DNA of 484 nt from assembly GCF_003334385.1 (NCBI RefSeq), contig NZ_QOWN01000175.1, one strand, 5' to 3'. Under the pieces are notes generated by a model. It saw only the letters and a program-made list of their open reading frames with translations. It ran no database searches and was not told the DNA's origin. This stretch comes from Escherichia coli. GTDB lineage: Bacteria; Pseudomonadota; Gammaproteobacteria; Enterobacterales; Enterobacteriaceae. Within the stretch, counting starts at the first letter, position 1; every line of letters starts with the position of its first letter. The position numbers and the translations under genes are program-made. Positions 1-484 of this stretch are shown here, one piece after another.

Positions 1-5
1 TAACC
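1..5 (-). rRNA. rrl: 23S ribosomal RNA, extreme 5' end (partial, continues beyond window start)
   Basis: Reverse complement of 1..5 is GGTTA, which I recall as the mature 5' end of enterobacterial 23S rRNA (GGUUAAGCGACUAAG...). The preceding spacer (rc ...GAAACATCTTCGGGTTGTGAGGTTA) matches the region recalled just upstream of 23S. The boundary could be off by a few nt; only 5 nt are in the window. Confidence 0.6.
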
Positions 6-66
6 TCACAACCCGAAGATGTTTCTTACGATTCATCATCGTGTTGCGAAAATTTGAGAGACTCAC

Positions 67-84
67 GAACAACTTTCGTTGTTC
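67..84 (-). other. Perfect 7-bp stem with GAAA (GNRA) tetraloop in the spacer transcript
   Basis: Minus-strand RNA reads GAACAAC-GAAA-GTTGTTC; the two arms are exact reverse complements and the loop is a GNRA tetraloop. Seen directly in the sequence; function (pre-rRNA folding or processing) is inferred. Confidence 0.6.
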
Positions 85-112
85 AGTGTTTCAATTTTCA
101 GCTTGATCCAGA

Positions 113-125
113 TTTTTAAAGAGCA
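113..125 (-). promoter_or_regulatory. Spacer boxA-like antitermination element (TGCTCTTTAAAAA)
   Basis: Reverse complement of 113..125 is TGCTCTTTAAAAA, one mismatch from the rrn leader boxA consensus TGCTCTTTAACAA. It sits downstream (in transcript sense) of a hairpin, the expected boxB-boxA order for the rrn spacer antitermination signal bound by the Nus factor complex. Confidence 0.6.
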
Positions 126-134
126 AAACTTCGC

Positions 135-156
135 AGTGAACCTTTGCAGGTACACT
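135..156 (-). promoter_or_regulatory. Putative boxB-like hairpin immediately upstream (transcript sense) of boxA
   Basis: Minus-strand RNA reads AGUGUACC-UGCAAA-GGUUCACU: an 8-position stem with one U.U mismatch and a 6-nt loop, about 9 nt upstream of the boxA-like motif. Assignment as boxB is by position and structure only. Confidence 0.35.
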
Positions 157-188
157 CTGAAGTATTTTTTATTTAATCACTACAGAGA

Positions 189-264
189 TGGTGGAGCTAT
201 GCGGGATCGAACCGCAGACCTCCTGCGTGCAAAGCAGGCGCTCTCCCAGCTGAGCTATAGCCCC
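189..264 (-). tRNA. tRNA-Ala (anticodon UGC), 76 nt including encoded CCA
   Basis: Reverse complement of 189..264 is GGGGCTATAGCTCAGCTGGGAGAGCGCCTGCTTTGCACGCAGGAGGTCTGCGGTTCGATCCCGCATAGCTCCACCA. It has a 7-bp acceptor stem with the G3.U70 wobble pair (the alanine identity element), a GGTTCGATCC T-arm, and anticodon TGC at window 229..231 (rc). Matches E. coli tRNA-Ala(UGC) as recalled; the identical alaT/alaU/alaV paralogs cannot be told apart from this window. Confidence 0.97.
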
Positions 265-306
265 ATAACATGTAGTTAAAACCTCTTCAAATTTGCCGTG
301 CAAATT
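265..306 (-). other. Spacer between tRNA-Ile and tRNA-Ala (pre-rRNA)
   Basis: A 42-nt interval between the two tRNA genes on the same strand (rc: AATTTGCACGGCAAATTTGAAGAGGTTTTAACTACATGTTAT). Contains a short inverted repeat, AAATTTGCACGGCAAATTT; the tRNAs are expected to be released by RNase P/RNase E-type processing. Confidence 0.85.
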
Positions 307-383
<77 letters not shown>

Positions 384-451
384 GTAGAGGTTTTACTGCT
401 CATTTTCATCAGACAATCTGTGTGAGCACTGCAAAGTACGCTTCTTTAAGG
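384..451 (-). other. Spacer between 16S rRNA 3' end and tRNA-Ile (pre-rRNA)
   Basis: A 68-nt interval (rc: CCTTAAAGAAGCGTACTTTGCAGTGCTCACACAGATTGTCTGATGAAAATGAGCAGTAAAACCTCTAC) directly 3' of the 16S terminus. By established knowledge this flank takes part in the 16S precursor processing stem with the leader, which is outside the window. Confidence 0.85.
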
Positions 452-484
452 TAAGGAGGTGATCCAACCGCAGGTTCCCCTACG
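452..484 (-). rRNA. rrs: 16S ribosomal RNA, 3' terminal 33 nt (partial, continues beyond window end)
   Basis: Reverse complement of 452..484 is CGTAGGGGAACCTGCGGTTGGATCACCTCCTTA, the conserved 16S 3' terminus ending ...GGAUCACCUCCUUA-3'. The anti-Shine-Dalgarno CCUCC corresponds to window 455..459 (ggagg on +). Confidence 0.96.

Larger units (their letters stand above)
6..188 (-). other. rrn internal transcribed spacer, tRNA-Ala to 23S segment (non-coding pre-rRNA)
   Basis: Lies between the tRNA-Ala 3' CCA and the 23S 5' end on the same strand. AT-rich, no tRNA-like cloverleaf, and contains boxB/boxA-like elements and a GNRA hairpin. The 23S-proximal part is expected to form one strand of the RNase III processing stem; the partner strand, 3' of 23S, is outside the window. 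Confidence 0.85.

Noticed and set aside
160-180. AT-rich tract (agtattttttatttaatcac) that could resemble a promoter -10/UP-like element
   Set aside because: It lies inside the co-transcribed rrn spacer immediately 3' of tRNA-Ala (transcript sense). AT-richness is typical of the spacer and no convincing -35/-10 pair with correct spacing is evident.
79-279. Plus-strand 66-aa ORF (MFSVSIFSLIQIFKEQ...) from the six-frame track
   Set aside because: Antisense to tRNA-Ala and the rrn spacer, with no ribosome-binding site or coding signal; a chance ORF in non-coding rRNA operon sequence.
265-306. Short inverted repeat AAATTTGCACGGCAAATTT between the two tRNAs, considered as a possible terminator or mobile-element end
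   Set aside because: Too short, no following U-tract in transcript sense, and located inside a polycistronic precursor that must read through; more likely a processing-related or incidental spacer structure.
452-462. Strong Shine-Dalgarno-like TAAGGAGGTGA on the plus strand
   Set aside because: This is simply the complement of the 16S 3' terminus (anti-SD region) on the minus strand. No start codon follows at proper spacing and the remainder of the window is 16S sequence.

Overview
The whole window is the internal transcribed spacer region of a bacterial rRNA (rrn) operon on the minus strand, and I find no novel system in it. Read 5'->3' on the minus strand it runs: 3' end of 16S rRNA (452..484), spacer, tRNA-Ile(GAU) (307..383), spacer, tRNA-Ala(UGC) (189..264), a 183-nt spacer with boxB/boxA-like antitermination elements, then the first bases of 23S rRNA (1..5). 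Both tRNAs and the 16S 3' terminus match, from memory, the Escherichia coli/Shigella-type Enterobacteriaceae sequences; no database search was possible. There is no credible protein-coding gene: the supplied 66-aa ORF lies antisense to tRNA-Ala and the spacer and is an artefact. The main practical point is that this is a multi-copy locus.
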